Below are positions 26,600 through 38,848 of a stretch of DNA of 64,000 nt, piece by piece. Both the position numbers and the translations under genes were made by a program. The stretch is from assembly GCF_963853765.1 (NCBI RefSeq), contig NC_088856.1, positions 52,328,001-52,392,000 on the forward strand. Reading direction: 5' to 3'. Numbering within the stretch: the stretch's first letter is position 1; each line of letters starts with the position of its first letter. This stretch comes from Magallana gigas. Lineage: Eukaryota. The notes below the pieces were generated by a model that saw only the letters and a program-made list of their open reading frames with translations, ran no database searches and was not told the DNA's origin.

Positions 26600-29500
26600 T
26601 CATGTGTGACCTCCTATACTTTTATAATTGTCCTCTGGGTCACACACGTTACAACAGGATGCACAAGACTGTGGGGTGGGGGACTCCATGTCCTCAATTC
26701 CTCTGGCAAACAGGGAGATCAGCTGACAATGGACTCTGTGCAGGCGAAAAGAAAAAAAAATATTCAGCATTCCATAACAAGCAATCTGTTGCCAATCAAA
26801 GTAATGTGTGTAAAAAGGGCTTGAATCCAAGAACCCTGTTCTAGCATACATCAATTAAGTGGTATAAGCTTGTTTCTAAGAACCCTGTTCTAGCATACAT
26901 CAATTAAGTTGGATATTGTATTTGCCAATGCAATGCAAATAAAGTAGTCTAAGACTTACATGTGTACAAATGTTGAACAGAACAGCATGTATCTCTATCC
27001 TTTAAAATCTTTTTTGTATTTAGGTATTCTAAACAGTAATTTATATTCCAATTCCATAATCATTTAATTTCCCCCTTGCCCTATACATAGGAAGATAAGG
27101 TACCTGATGCTGAGTTTACAACACAGTAAATGTTATAAACATGTATCCTCTATCACCCTATAACACACAAAGAGATTGTCAATTATTACCCCCCCCCCCC
27201 CAAAACATAAGAAGACCAGGGGTGTGCAATTACAAAATTTGGCCACTAGCCCAGGGGCTAGTGGGAGTACCAAAGTTACTAGCCCAAGATTCAAAGTTAC
27301 TAGCCAGACTATTTCGGACATGTCGACATTTCATTTTATAAAAAACACTAAATTTTATGTACATAATGTTTTCTCCTGTATGATACTAGTATATATAATT
27401 ATTAATATACGAAATATTTATTACTTGCATGTTTTCTGTGGTAGACTAGTTCAAAAATATTCAACTTCATTGATCTCTCACATTTTAGTTACAAAATTGG
27501 TTTGGGTACCGTTTATATAATAAAACCCAAACATAACATTGTGAATGTGAACAGACTCTATAAAATCACTGCAACTATCTATGTGTGCATGCATTTTATC
27601 CTGTTTAATTTCCAGGTACAAAATATAACTATGCAATTAATTACGTAATGGTAAATTTTAATTAAAAATAATGGAAAATGCACAAATAATATGCAAAATA
27701 TGATTATTTTTGAATTCACCAAGCAGGTCACTTTAAAATGTGTTCATGAGAATAGTTAGTGCAGAAATTTATAATATCTCTGTAATGCATCTCTCTCTCT
27801 CTCTCTCTCTGTAAAAAAAATTATATCAAAAAAGCCAATGAATACATATTAAAGGAAAAGGAATCATTTTACAGTGATGTCACTTGTACGGAAGCCATGT
27901 GCAGTGAGGCGTGACTATCTCGTCTAGCCACTGGTCAACACTGTCGGTAAAACTTCAAAGTGTGAAACTTACAGCAGAGTGTTTTTTCTCAGAAGAATGT
28001 AGCACGAGAAAAAAATGCTTAAGAAATTTTTAGGCTATCATGACTTAAAAGGAGCAGATATTATGCCTCTGTGATAACAATGACGATACACTTTTCCTAC
28101 TAGGACACTGCAAATTTACCGGCATATTTTGCCAACTCTGGTTATGATTTACTAGCCCGACGGGCTACCACAGTTAATGTTTTTGCTAGCCCGACCTCTA
28201 AAATCGGTAGCCCCGGGCGTCGGGCGATGGTAATTGCACACCCCTGAAGACAGAATACCGGGGTACCTAATGGTAAGATTATGTCCCCTCCCCCCACACC
28301 AAACAAACATACTTTGGAGATATGATAAATCATAGCATACCTGATGTTGAGATTGGGTGAGGTGATGATTTCCCCGTCACAGTTCCACACGCTGTGGGTG
28401 GGGGCGCGGCTCTCCCTGGGGGGTGGGGATGGCTGGGACTGAGGGTCAGTGTCACCCTCTGTATCAGTCTGTACAGAGAAGCTCCACTCTCTGACCCGAA
28501 ACACCTTGATAAACGGCAGGTCAAACTGAAAAAATGAAAAAGATATTGTACTCATGATCACATTTGTTAAATGCATGTAAAATGCATGTGTTAGGCAGGT
28601 GAAAGTTACAGCAGATTCAGGCCAAAATGCTGGTTTATAACTTAAGAATCTTCAGAATTTTATCAAGCCATTGAAAATTATTTGAAATTCAAAATAATTT
28701 TTACTCTGTTACAAATTACCAATAACATTGTCAATTCATGGACCATTTAACATCTATCTGTATAAAAAGTCACCATTATGATAAACAAAAGAGAGTTAGC
28801 TCTCTTGGTTAAATTATATCTGTTATCCCTTCATCATGCCTGTACCAATGATTTTCATCTATTATATATACTGTAGTGTGTTCATACTGTACATATGTAT
28901 TTTCTCTACACTGTAAATTCAGTTATGAGAGTAAAGTTCATTGTCATTGTCATATAAATTGTTTGAACTTTCTTGCTATTATCAGTGTGGATATATATTG
29001 TCATTACCACAAAATCTTATCACATGTACAGTGCAACTCAAAACACAATCCCCCCCATCACATAATACGATGACACTCAAAAAACAATACCACATCACAC
29101 AATGAAAAGTTGGTGCTATTACCTGTAAATAAAGTAAATATAGTGCTTATACATGTACAATAGTCAACATAACATCACAACACCTGAGTCGTTACCTGGT
29201 TGCCGTTGGTCGTGGAACACCTGTACAGGTGACGCAAGAACTGTATCCTTGAGCACTGCTGTATCAGGAGTAGGTCGGAGGTTCCGTCGCCAAGGTGACA
29301 GTAGGGGGAGGGGCCGATGGGACTGATGAGACAGCGACAGCTCATAGTGAAGCTGGCCACCGCTAGGAATTTCCCCCGCACTGTGTGCCACGAGTCTGGC
29401 CCTTTTTCCTCCTGAGAGAATTGACTCATTGCACAAATATTACAACTGAAAAAAAAATTGAAAATAAAATAACCTTCACATGAATTACTGAAACATTTCT

Positions 29501-32500
29501 TTTTAATTATATTTAATTTTTTCACAATCTTATTAAAATTAGACTGTTAAGACCACATAAATTTAATATTTAGATTCTCATCCTGATTTGCAAAAAATTT
29601 GGGGTGGGTGGGTGGGCTTTATTCTTTATTTTTTTTTAAATCATCTTTTTGACCATTCATGTTCTAGAAATAATAACTGCTCTATCTTTATCAAATTGTT
29701 AATGCTAATATGAGTACAAAAACCAATATGCAGTCTTTCAATTCCATTTTATTTCCACTTAACTGTTATTGCATGAAGACATTAGTATCCTTATAACAAG
29801 CATGACTGGAATCAAACGATGATCCACATGTTAAGCAGCCGTTAAAATGTTCTGAATTTTTTGGTACACCAACTTAAATTTTTTTCCTGAATTTTTTTTT
29901 GTACAATTTTTAAAAAATAACATACATCGGGGAGGGCAACTTTCAGAGGGGATGAGACTCTAAAGACAATTTTATGTGGCCTTATATTGCTTCTTGTTTA
30001 TCAACATCACTAGCAACAACAGATAAACTAAGATAATGTGAAAGGTCTAGTTTTAATTAGATTGATTTTCCCAAGCGTATGTGATGTTAATGTTTGGGTG
30101 CTTTATATGAATCAATGTAGCTCACTGATAACAGCTTATTAAATTTCATCAAATCTATCATCAAAATGGTCACACTTTGTTGTGTACATACCCTGAGTTA
30201 CACATCATCTTGTCTTTTGGGTTTGTATCAGCAGAAGATGCCAATTTAAAGGACACTTCTCCTTCATAGGACTTATTGGCCAAAAACGTTTTGGCCCCTA
30301 CAACCATTCATCAAAAGAAAATCATGAGTATTCAGTAGGGCCAAAAAAAATTTTATGTATTGGTTTACAAGTCAAAATTTCAAAATTTGGAAAAAGGGGA
30401 ATAACCCAATACAGTAAAACACGCTTATAAAAAAGTCCCAAGGACGAGCAATTTTACTTCGTTATAAGCATAATTTGTTATATCCATCATGTTTACTACA
30501 TGTAATAAAGTCAGGGGGAATGGAACTCACTTTGCAATAAGCGTAATTCATCATAAATGTGTTCGCTATAGCCGTGTTTTACTGTATATGAAAATTAAGG
30601 TTTTCCCCTTTTCTTAATAACTCAAATAATTCAACTCTGCCTGCAATCAATACATGAATATTTTTGGGCCAAATGAAATTTGGTTTGAATATATTTCTGA
30701 ACCACAATTATCTGTTCTTACCAGCAACTTGGTAGCGCTTTGGCCCCATCCATCTGTTATTTTCACTGTCCTTCAACATGTCTCCATAGTAACCGTAAGC
30801 CAACATGGAGGAGCTGTAGCGAAGAAACTGGTCCCCACTGTAGATTGAGCAGACGTCAATAGCTGTAGAGTCACCTGTCATAAACAAACATCCTCTCTTA
30901 TTGCTTTCATTCTACTTCGTGTACCAACAATTACTGTAAACCAACTTTTATTCACATGCAAGAAATTTTTGCGAGGTTAGCGAGAGCCTTGTTGTTGAGA
31001 ATATTTCTCACCGTGAACCAATCCTTTGTCTATAGTTTTTATAACAATACAGGTCTGGATAAGGCTTGGTCGTGACCATTAGTCGTCGCGAACCAGTTTA
31101 TCGGCAGTTAATTGCGAAATAAAGTCACCGAGACTAAAAATTGGTTTACAGTTTCATCTTTTTTAACAAACTACTTCTAAATGATGACGGATTCAACTAT
31201 TTCAACTATCGTACATTTTGATGAAAAGATTGTCAAACCTATTTAAGGACAAACTTTTTGTCATAAAACGGGGGAAGGGAGAGATTGTGTCCTTTGTGAG
31301 GGTAGAAGACAGATGTCAGACAGTGGAGGTCCTCTATAACCATAATCTTACAGAATCTGGTGTAATTTAGCAATTACATTTTATGGTCTTTGAACTCTTG
31401 ACCCTTGACTGATTCATGTGAGTGCACCATTCATTACCTATAATGAAGTGTATAGCTGACATGTATAGCCCACCCATAATGATGTGTGTAGCTGACATGT
31501 ATAGCCCAACAATAATGAAGTGTATAGCTGACATGTAAAGCCCACCCATAATGAAGTGTGTAGCTGATATGTAAAGCCCGCCCATAATGATGTGTGTAGC
31601 TGACATGTATAGCCCACCCATAATGAATGGTATAGCTGACATGTATAGCCTCCTACAACAATGTGTATAGCTGACATGTATAGCCCACCCATAATGATAT
31701 GTGTAGCTGACATGTATAACCTCCTACAACAATGTGTATAGCTGACACGTATTGCCCACCTAAAAATGATGTGTATAGGTGACATGTATAGCACATATAA
31801 TTATAACGATGTGTATAGCTGACATGTATAGCCCACTCATAATGAAGTGTATAGCTGACATTTATAGCCCAACCATAATGAAGTGTATAGCTGACTTGTA
31901 TAGCCCACCCATAATGATGTGTATAGCTGACATGTATAGCCCACATATTCCATACTTTACTGAGATCACCAATACCTTACCTATAATCATGTGTATAGCT
32001 GATGTCATCGGGTCATTTATCCCTGTTGTGGAGAAGCAGATAGCATCTGTGGACCCTGAAATAAACCAACTAGTCTATATCAGACTATGGTAAACATACT
32101 CTTCGATGAAAAATATAAACTGCTAACATCAACTTATATTAAAGCATTGAATCATAATTTTTTGAAGTATACAGTCTCATAACTGCAGCGGTGTGTGCAT
32201 ATAAATTGAGGAAAGCACGTTAGAGTGTTATAAAAATTTGTATGCAAGCATCGCTGCAGTTATGAGACTATACTTCAAAAAATCATGATTAAATGCTTAT
32301 ATTTACATTATTTTAACTTCATGCCTTGTCTGAAAATGTGATTTATACCTTAAAATTACTATCTTATCCTAAGGGTAAGTTCATATTAATGGAAGAGCCA
32401 CAGCAACAGCCGCAAGCGTGAACTTTGATTTTCGCTTGTGACGTTGCAGTTAACAGCGTTCAACGTTTGTGACGTCATAATAAAACTCGTCATTTTAACC

Positions 32501-35500
32501 TTTGAGTACCCTGTGTGCATTAAAGTGTTAAAAATGCCATAGCTTTCAACTCACTTTACAAGCAAAAAATGTGTGGAATGTAAATATAAGCTTGTACATC
32601 GCTAGGTCTAAGAATAAAGTACAAACCTGCTGGAATGATTCCAACCCGTAAATCGGGGGATATTGGTTGTTCCGAGGGAGTCTGCATTTTCCCGGCCTCC
32701 GACATCTTTCTGTCAATCAAGCCGTTTAGGAGCTCGGTGAACATTCCGTCCCCGCCCACACAAACCACTCTGTATAAACCGAACAGAGAGAAATATACAC
32801 AAGAAAGAAATATATATAGAGTTGTAATGATACACATAGAATTTTTTTTTTATAAAATATAGTGACATTCAACAGAAAGAACACTGTGATTTTCTCAACA
32901 GTAGCCTAAAAAATTGGAAATGTGATACTATAAAAGTGGTTATTAACATGTAGGGGAAATTCACAAAAGTAAAGCAGTAAGCTTAAAATGCATATAATAA
33001 CCCCGTGCATGTGTTAAAAACTTGAAACTTCTGAGAGGTAATTCGCACTTCTGCGTATTTAAAACATATGCGTATTGTTTGACCATAGAAAATGCGTATT
33101 AACCCCCTGCGTAAATAACCACTTTTACAGTAATTGTCAGAGAAAAGAGATGAAGATAATAGGTGACTTAGAGATCAAGCATTATATGTAAGACTTACCC
33201 GTCCACTGACTGCAGGTCGTACTTGGTTATCACCTCCTTGGCATGTCCTGCATGTGTAGTGGCTGAAACAGGAATTAAAGATCGCTGCATTATTACTCCT
33301 CCAGAAATCTACTGGGCATCAACATGACAGGTGCCACAATGTATCATAATCTTCAGTACATATGAAATGTGTATATATAGCAAGGATTGACATAGGATTT
33401 TGTTAAGTACAGGGACAGTTTTAAAATTACAATGTACTTCTGATTAAGTAAACACCTACTGATAACGTGGGTTCTGATTTTGGCCAGCTCCATCAGTGGG
33501 GACACGGTCTCCTCAAACACCCGCGGCGCTCGTCTCTTACCCCCAAAAGGATTTATAAACACCAGCAAACTCCGGGGTCTTTTCAGTGCTGTCAATTGAA
33601 ATAAAACAAAAATGATCATCATCTTTCAGTATTCATTATTTATCATATAAAGAAAATAAGGCTGTTTCCACTATCAGACATCAGTAAGTATGATTTTATT
33701 TTCTTCATTTTCCGCTCCATTTATTCAATTGTGCATAAATAACTGGGATTTTTGCATTAAACTGGGTAGGAAAATTACAAGTTAAAACTGAAGTTTCTGG
33801 AAATATTGCAGTAATTTAAGTTACCCGGGTTGGAGAGGGCCTCTTCGATCTTCTCTACCCATGTCCTGCAAAGGTTCTCTCCTTGACAAAAAAATGTCAC
33901 TTTCTTCTTCTTCCATTTGTGGTTTGGACATCTCTTGACGACGTGAACTGAAAATGAGACAGGGTGGAGAGGCTGGAGCTCGATATAAATAGGTGACTCT
34001 TTTAGCGGTGTGGAGGAATTCTTCTTGGCTGACTTAAATGGGGACACTTTTCCAAGACTGCGCTCTAGATTGACTGCAATGATTTCTTGTAAAGGCACAT
34101 GCTTACAACCAGAGTGTCCTGATAAATAAAGATAAAAGTTTGAAAATAAAAGACCTGGCAGTGAAATAAAAGCCTTGCCAACTAGGGGATGTAAAAAGTT
34201 TTAACCTTAAATAATGTGATCATAAACCTCACTGTTTGGTATATGTAGCATGTCGAAGTATTGCTATTGAAGTACTAACTTTTTAACCAAAAATTATGAC
34301 AACCTTCATGTCTTTAACAATAATTCAAATATCTTCTTTGAACTACTGAAAATATATTGCATTTAACGATGAATTAACCACAGGGGCTCGGATAGTGGAG
34401 TTCTTAATTATTTGTTCCTGAAAAAAAAAATTGATTAAAATTGGTCATCTTATGTGTATTTCTGTGTATTGCAATAAAAACATTCCCTGAAACCCCCTGT
34501 TTCAATCATTTTAAAAATCAAAGTGTATTCAGTGTACATTAAAAGAGTAAAGGGACAACACCCGCCATCTTTCAATTGGAGTCCACGTTTCAAGCTACGT
34601 TTTAAACAAGTTTCCCAATTTCTCCAACGATTTCTGACAAGATCTAGGTTGGAAAATAATCAAATGACTAATACCTATAGTCTGTCCCAAGATATTTATG
34701 CAGCACATTTGGACGATTTTTATTAAAAAATACACATACCTGTGAAAGAAGTGCAATTGAAATAGTTGAAAGGGATATTTTCCAAGATAATTTCATTGAC
34801 ACATTATCATCTTTCACTCGGAAAAATTCACAGGAACGAAAACAGATTCCTTACGGAGATTTATAATGGGGAATGTTTACATCTTTTCTCCATTCGGATT
34901 ACACTCGGAATACATCACGCAATTTTTCAACGTTATCATCCGGGCTTGCTGCAATACAAAATCTCCGTAGACATCACATTTTTTAGCATTGTGTTGAAAC
35001 TGGATAAGCTAACAGGGGTCGTTTCGACTGATAAATCTTGGAAATTTTTCATACTTTTGAATGAACATTGTTTGAATCCTGAGGTATTTATAAATATCAA
35101 GCAATTAAGCCAAATGTGAATCCAAAATATCTTGGGACAGAGTATAACATTAGACTACATCTGTGTGCTGCATAATTAACACCTCATGATGAAATGTACA
35201 AGATACTCGCCAAACTTATCGAAATCAACAGAAGTTGATGCAAACTCTTCATGTAATCACTGAGAAGATCTGAAAGCATACAATAAACCAATAGGAGTCT
35301 TTTCGCAGATTTTTTGCTCTATCTAGACTTATCATATGTTTTCGGAAAAACTCAGCGATTATATGGAGAATATACATCACTCAAAGGTAAACTTCCCTTG
35401 CTTTCAATAAGTTTGGTGAGTATCTAGTACATTTCGTTTATGTTTATTATGCGTAAGGAAATGCTTTTATTGCGATACACAGAAATACATATAAGATTAC

Positions 35501-35928
35501 CGATTTCAATTAATTTTGATTTTGGAAACAAATAATTAAGAACTCCATTATCCGACAACCGAGCCCCTGTTGAATTAACTGCAACTCTTCTGCAAATGTT
35601 TAATTGTGTGGCTAACAGAGTAGTATCTATCGTTTCATATAACACTATAAATAAATGACGACAAAAATTAAACTATATGAAACATCCAGTAACACACAAT
35701 CGATTTTCCTTAGTTCTACATTTTCAACTTTATTTGTTGACAATCTGTTGACAGCTGCGTGTACTCACCAATAAATGGCTGCGATGACGGACTTCCAGTC
35801 TGCCGCAGGGATTTCCCCGGAGAAGCTAGGTCCCATGTCAGGTGTCTCCGCGTTAGCTGTACCTGGTGCGTCTTTTTGTTAATGTCTAGCGACGACTGGA
35901 AAACAACATCGTCTCCACATTCCGCCAT
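26600..35928 (-). CDS. CERK: Ceramide kinase (PH-like N-terminus + DAGK-type catalytic domain), 11 exons
   Basis: Exons 35928-35769, 34118-33825, 33588-33461, 33262-33199, 32769-32627, 32055-31981, 30874-30722, 30297-30192, 29445-29196, 28525-28341, 26735-26600, all GT-AG with consistent phases. Motifs RPRSLLVFINPFGGKR, VVCVGGDGMFTELLNG, GIIPAGSTD, MLAYGYYGD, MGPKRY, SYEGEVSF, CNSGCNIC (CxxxCxxC), HLGDGTSDL, WNCDGE, VHCQLISLFARG. Confidence 0.93.
26829..26912. repeat. Short direct duplication (~31 bp, twice) in CERK intron 10
   Basis: aagaaccctgttctagcatacatcaattaag occurs twice, about 50 bp apart. Confidence 0.8.
27217..28246. mobile_element. Non-autonomous DNA transposon with 17-bp TIRs and 5-bp TSD (AAGAC), in CERK intron 10
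   Basis: aagac|CAGGGGTGTGCAATTAC ... GTAATTGCACACCCCTG|aagac; subterminal (t)actagccc repeats at both ends. Confidence 0.8.
30412..30585. mobile_element. TA-flanked MITE, same family as 9242
   Basis: ta|cagtaaaacacg ... cgtgttttactg|ta. Confidence 0.75.
30934..31151. mobile_element. MITE with ACTGTAAACCAA termini; related truncated copy at 56140-56320
   Basis: actgtaaaccaa ... ttggtttacagt; internal similarity to 56140-56320. Confidence 0.7.
31430..31945 (-). repeat. 36-bp minisatellite (~14 copies) derived from the CERK exon 6 end plus donor
   Basis: Minus-strand unit ATGTCAGCTATACACATCATTATGG|GTGGGCTATAC versus exon end ACATCAGCTATACACATGATTATAG|gtaagg. Confidence 0.9.
32143..32590. mobile_element. 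Dispersed repeat with an internal ~155-bp hairpin; inverted homolog at ~57500-57855
   Basis: Arms 32143-32190 and 32252-32298 are reverse complements. 32355-32580 matches the reverse complement of ~57500-57720. Confidence 0.7.
34676..35146. mobile_element. Tc1/mariner-like MITE (uninterrupted copy)
   Basis: TIRs tatagtctgtcccaag ... cttgggacagagtata; a second copy at 61198-63261 is interrupted. Confidence 0.8.
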
Positions 35929-37592
35929 TGTTTGTTGCTGCCATTGGTGGTTTCAGAAAACGTATGTCGATCCCGACATAATAATAAAAGGTGGCTCTCT
36001 TCACCGTGAAACTTTTTTATCAAATCAGCAGAAAATCACTTGATTATGATAGATATCATAATGGATAAGAAGTATTTAAGTCTAATAGGCAAAATATGCG
36101 CAATGCCCGGTGAAAATTCATCTTTATATCTAACAAAAAAGACGAACATTACGTTTAAAAATAATAGAAATGCTCATGAATCCGTTCTCACAGATACTCA
36201 TAGGAATTTACTTATATTGGGGGAGAGAACCTTGCGGGTATCATGGCAATTTTAATTTTTCACAATAAAAAATCAAAGCAGTGTAGCGATCTGAGTGAGC
36301 GGATCAAAGGATCTGATTTTAATCAGATTGTGTGTTTTCTTTCCTTAATGCGTTGATTTTCTTTATCTTAGGTTAGTTCTAGTATTTTATTCTATTCTAC
36401 ACCAAGTGAATTTGACATATGTACACGTACTATAGTCCCATTCCTTTTCTTTGAGTACTTGCTCTGTGCATTCCTTTTCTTCTCTCCACTAAAATTACGC
36501 GACTTTTGATTTCTTTTTTTTTTCTTTTATTTCTACATTGCCAACATGACTGGTTCGGTCTCTGTTTATGTTGTAGATCATTGTAAGAGACATGTCTAAG
36601 GGAAATCATACTCAACTATACTTCCAAAAACAATTCTTCCCTACCAAAATTTTTCCCTCCAAAATCATGAAATTCCTAATCCGTGGGGGGGGGGGGGGGG
36701 GTTACTTCAATTTGACTACTCATTTCCTAATTTTCATACCAATTTTTTACTAACTTCCAAAAAAGTGGGGGGGCCAACTCCATTATAATTCATTTTTTTA
36801 TATGTAAATTTTAAAAAATTTGTTGCTGCGAGAAAAAGTGGGGGGGGCCAGGCCCCCCCTGGCCCCCCCCCCCCCTGATGCTACGTGCCTGCTTATATTT
36901 ACATCTATCGAGTATGATTCTCTCCATTTCTTACGGAAACGTGTTGGTAATGCATAGCTCTTTTTAACAGCCAGACTGAAATCTATGCGACTGAAACTGA
37001 CAGGAATGAAATGTACACACCCCGTTTATCGATTGATCGAAACCTACAGCGACCTAAGAAAAATCATGGACTGCACGAAATAATTTTGAGGATGTCAGAC
37101 TCAAACTCCCACAGGAGACGATTTGGCTGTTTCTTAATTTTAGTTAACGTACTGATGTACATTAACAGTAATTTAGTGAATTTAACTTAATTTTTACGAT
37201 CAATTAATTAATTTGTTAAAATAAAGATGTAAATATAAACATCAAAATGCTTTCTTCCATGATTCATGCGGGTTATGAAGGTAGCGATCATTGCAGAAAA
37301 AATTATATAACCTGCTATAACGCGGAAAAAATACATAACCCGCTATATATAAGGCCGGGGTTTACAAGTGTAGTTGGGGTCGGCTCTGTTGTTAAGATTG
37401 GGTCTGGTCGGTACTGTATGATCGACCACGACAGTACTGTGTTGTCAGAAGTTACATATGTATATTAGTGAGCTTCCTGTTGTGGTACCTTAATTCTGCA
37501 ATATGGCGTGTTGTGTAAAAGTGCGTTATTCAGACGGCATATTACGCAAAATTGTTTTATATTATTTTTGTCACAAATTATTTAGTGAGGAA

Positions 37593-37730
37593 AAAATGAT
37601 TTATTTTTGACGTCGTCGTGTCAAAACTGCCGTCAGGTGAGCAGACAAATTGAATAACGCGCGTTATGATAATTTGTCTGTTCATCTGACGGCAGTTATT
37701 GACACGACGACGTCAAAAATAAATCATTTA
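37593..37730. repeat. ~135-bp near-perfect foldback (hairpin) element
   Basis: aaatgatttatttttgacgtcgtcgtgtcaaaactgccgtcaggtgagcagacaaatt ... aatttgtctgttcatctgacggcagttattgacacgacgacgtcaaaaataaatcattt. Confidence 0.85.
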
Positions 37731-38455
37731 ATGCTTATAAATACATTCCCTTATTGATGAAATTATTTTTTTTTTAAATAAATCGGTATAAATTGCAGAT
37801 CACGTAGGGAGTAAATTAGTAAGAGCAAGAACATCTGTTTTCTAAAACAGGTTCACACTGGTTAACACACAGACTGTTGAGATAAACATGCAATTATAAT
37901 CCATGAAAATTAACCTTTGAAATTTTGTTTTAAATAATAAAATCATTTTTATTGTTGAATAATTGTAGAACATGGTGTTTTAACAAAATGTATAAAATAT
38001 ATTTCTAAAAAGAAAGATTTTGTCATCTCTGTAATACAAAACGTATAGCCGATGAATTTCATTATATTTTAGAATGTGATGCAATATCACAAGTCCGGAA
38101 CAAGTTTATAGACAAAAAATTTTCAGCTAGACCTAATGTGTTAAAATTTTCGTATCTTATGACAACATGTAACATGAAATTGCTGAGAAAATTGTGTATT
38201 TTTATATCAAAGATATACGAGGTAGTCTAGATCTGTCCTCCATGAGTTTCATGTGCCATATGTTTGAAATGGTTTTGATTCAACAACTCTGCGCAATTTA
38301 CACGTTATCGTTCAAACATAATTTACATTGTAATTATAAACATAACAAAACATGTCGATAACAGAATTCTCAGCACTCTGTCGCACTATCACAGTGAATA
38401 TGTAACCTTTACTTGTACGTTGAAAAAAATAACGACAGGGGAGCTAAATGACCCT

Positions 38456-38548
38456 TAGCTGCAATAATGTAGCCCTCTCCGATTTTCATATCTGATGTTT
38501 ACTGGAGAGGGGGGAAAATCGGGAGAGGGCAACATTATTGCAGCTAAA
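38456..38548. repeat. Foldback/hairpin element
   Basis: ttagctgcaataatgtagccctctccgattttc ... gaaaatcgggagagggcaacattattgcagctaa. Confidence 0.8.
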
Positions 38549-38848
38549 TGACTCTGAGAATATTGGATGCAAACTACTGGTATTCTCATAACGTTGTCTT
38601 TTTTTTTATGTATTTTGCATCTGGATTATTAGTACAGTCAATTCAATTTCTTTATTGCAAAGACATACGTCTTATAGCACTTACATGTATAAATGTGAAC
38701 AATACATGAATAAATAATAATAATAATGGACGGTCACATAGATTACAAATCTATAGAATAATTTGTATTTGGAGAATGAAATAACACATATATTATATAT
38801 ATATTGATAGTAATAACAATTGAAATCAGCAAATGACACTTGATATAG

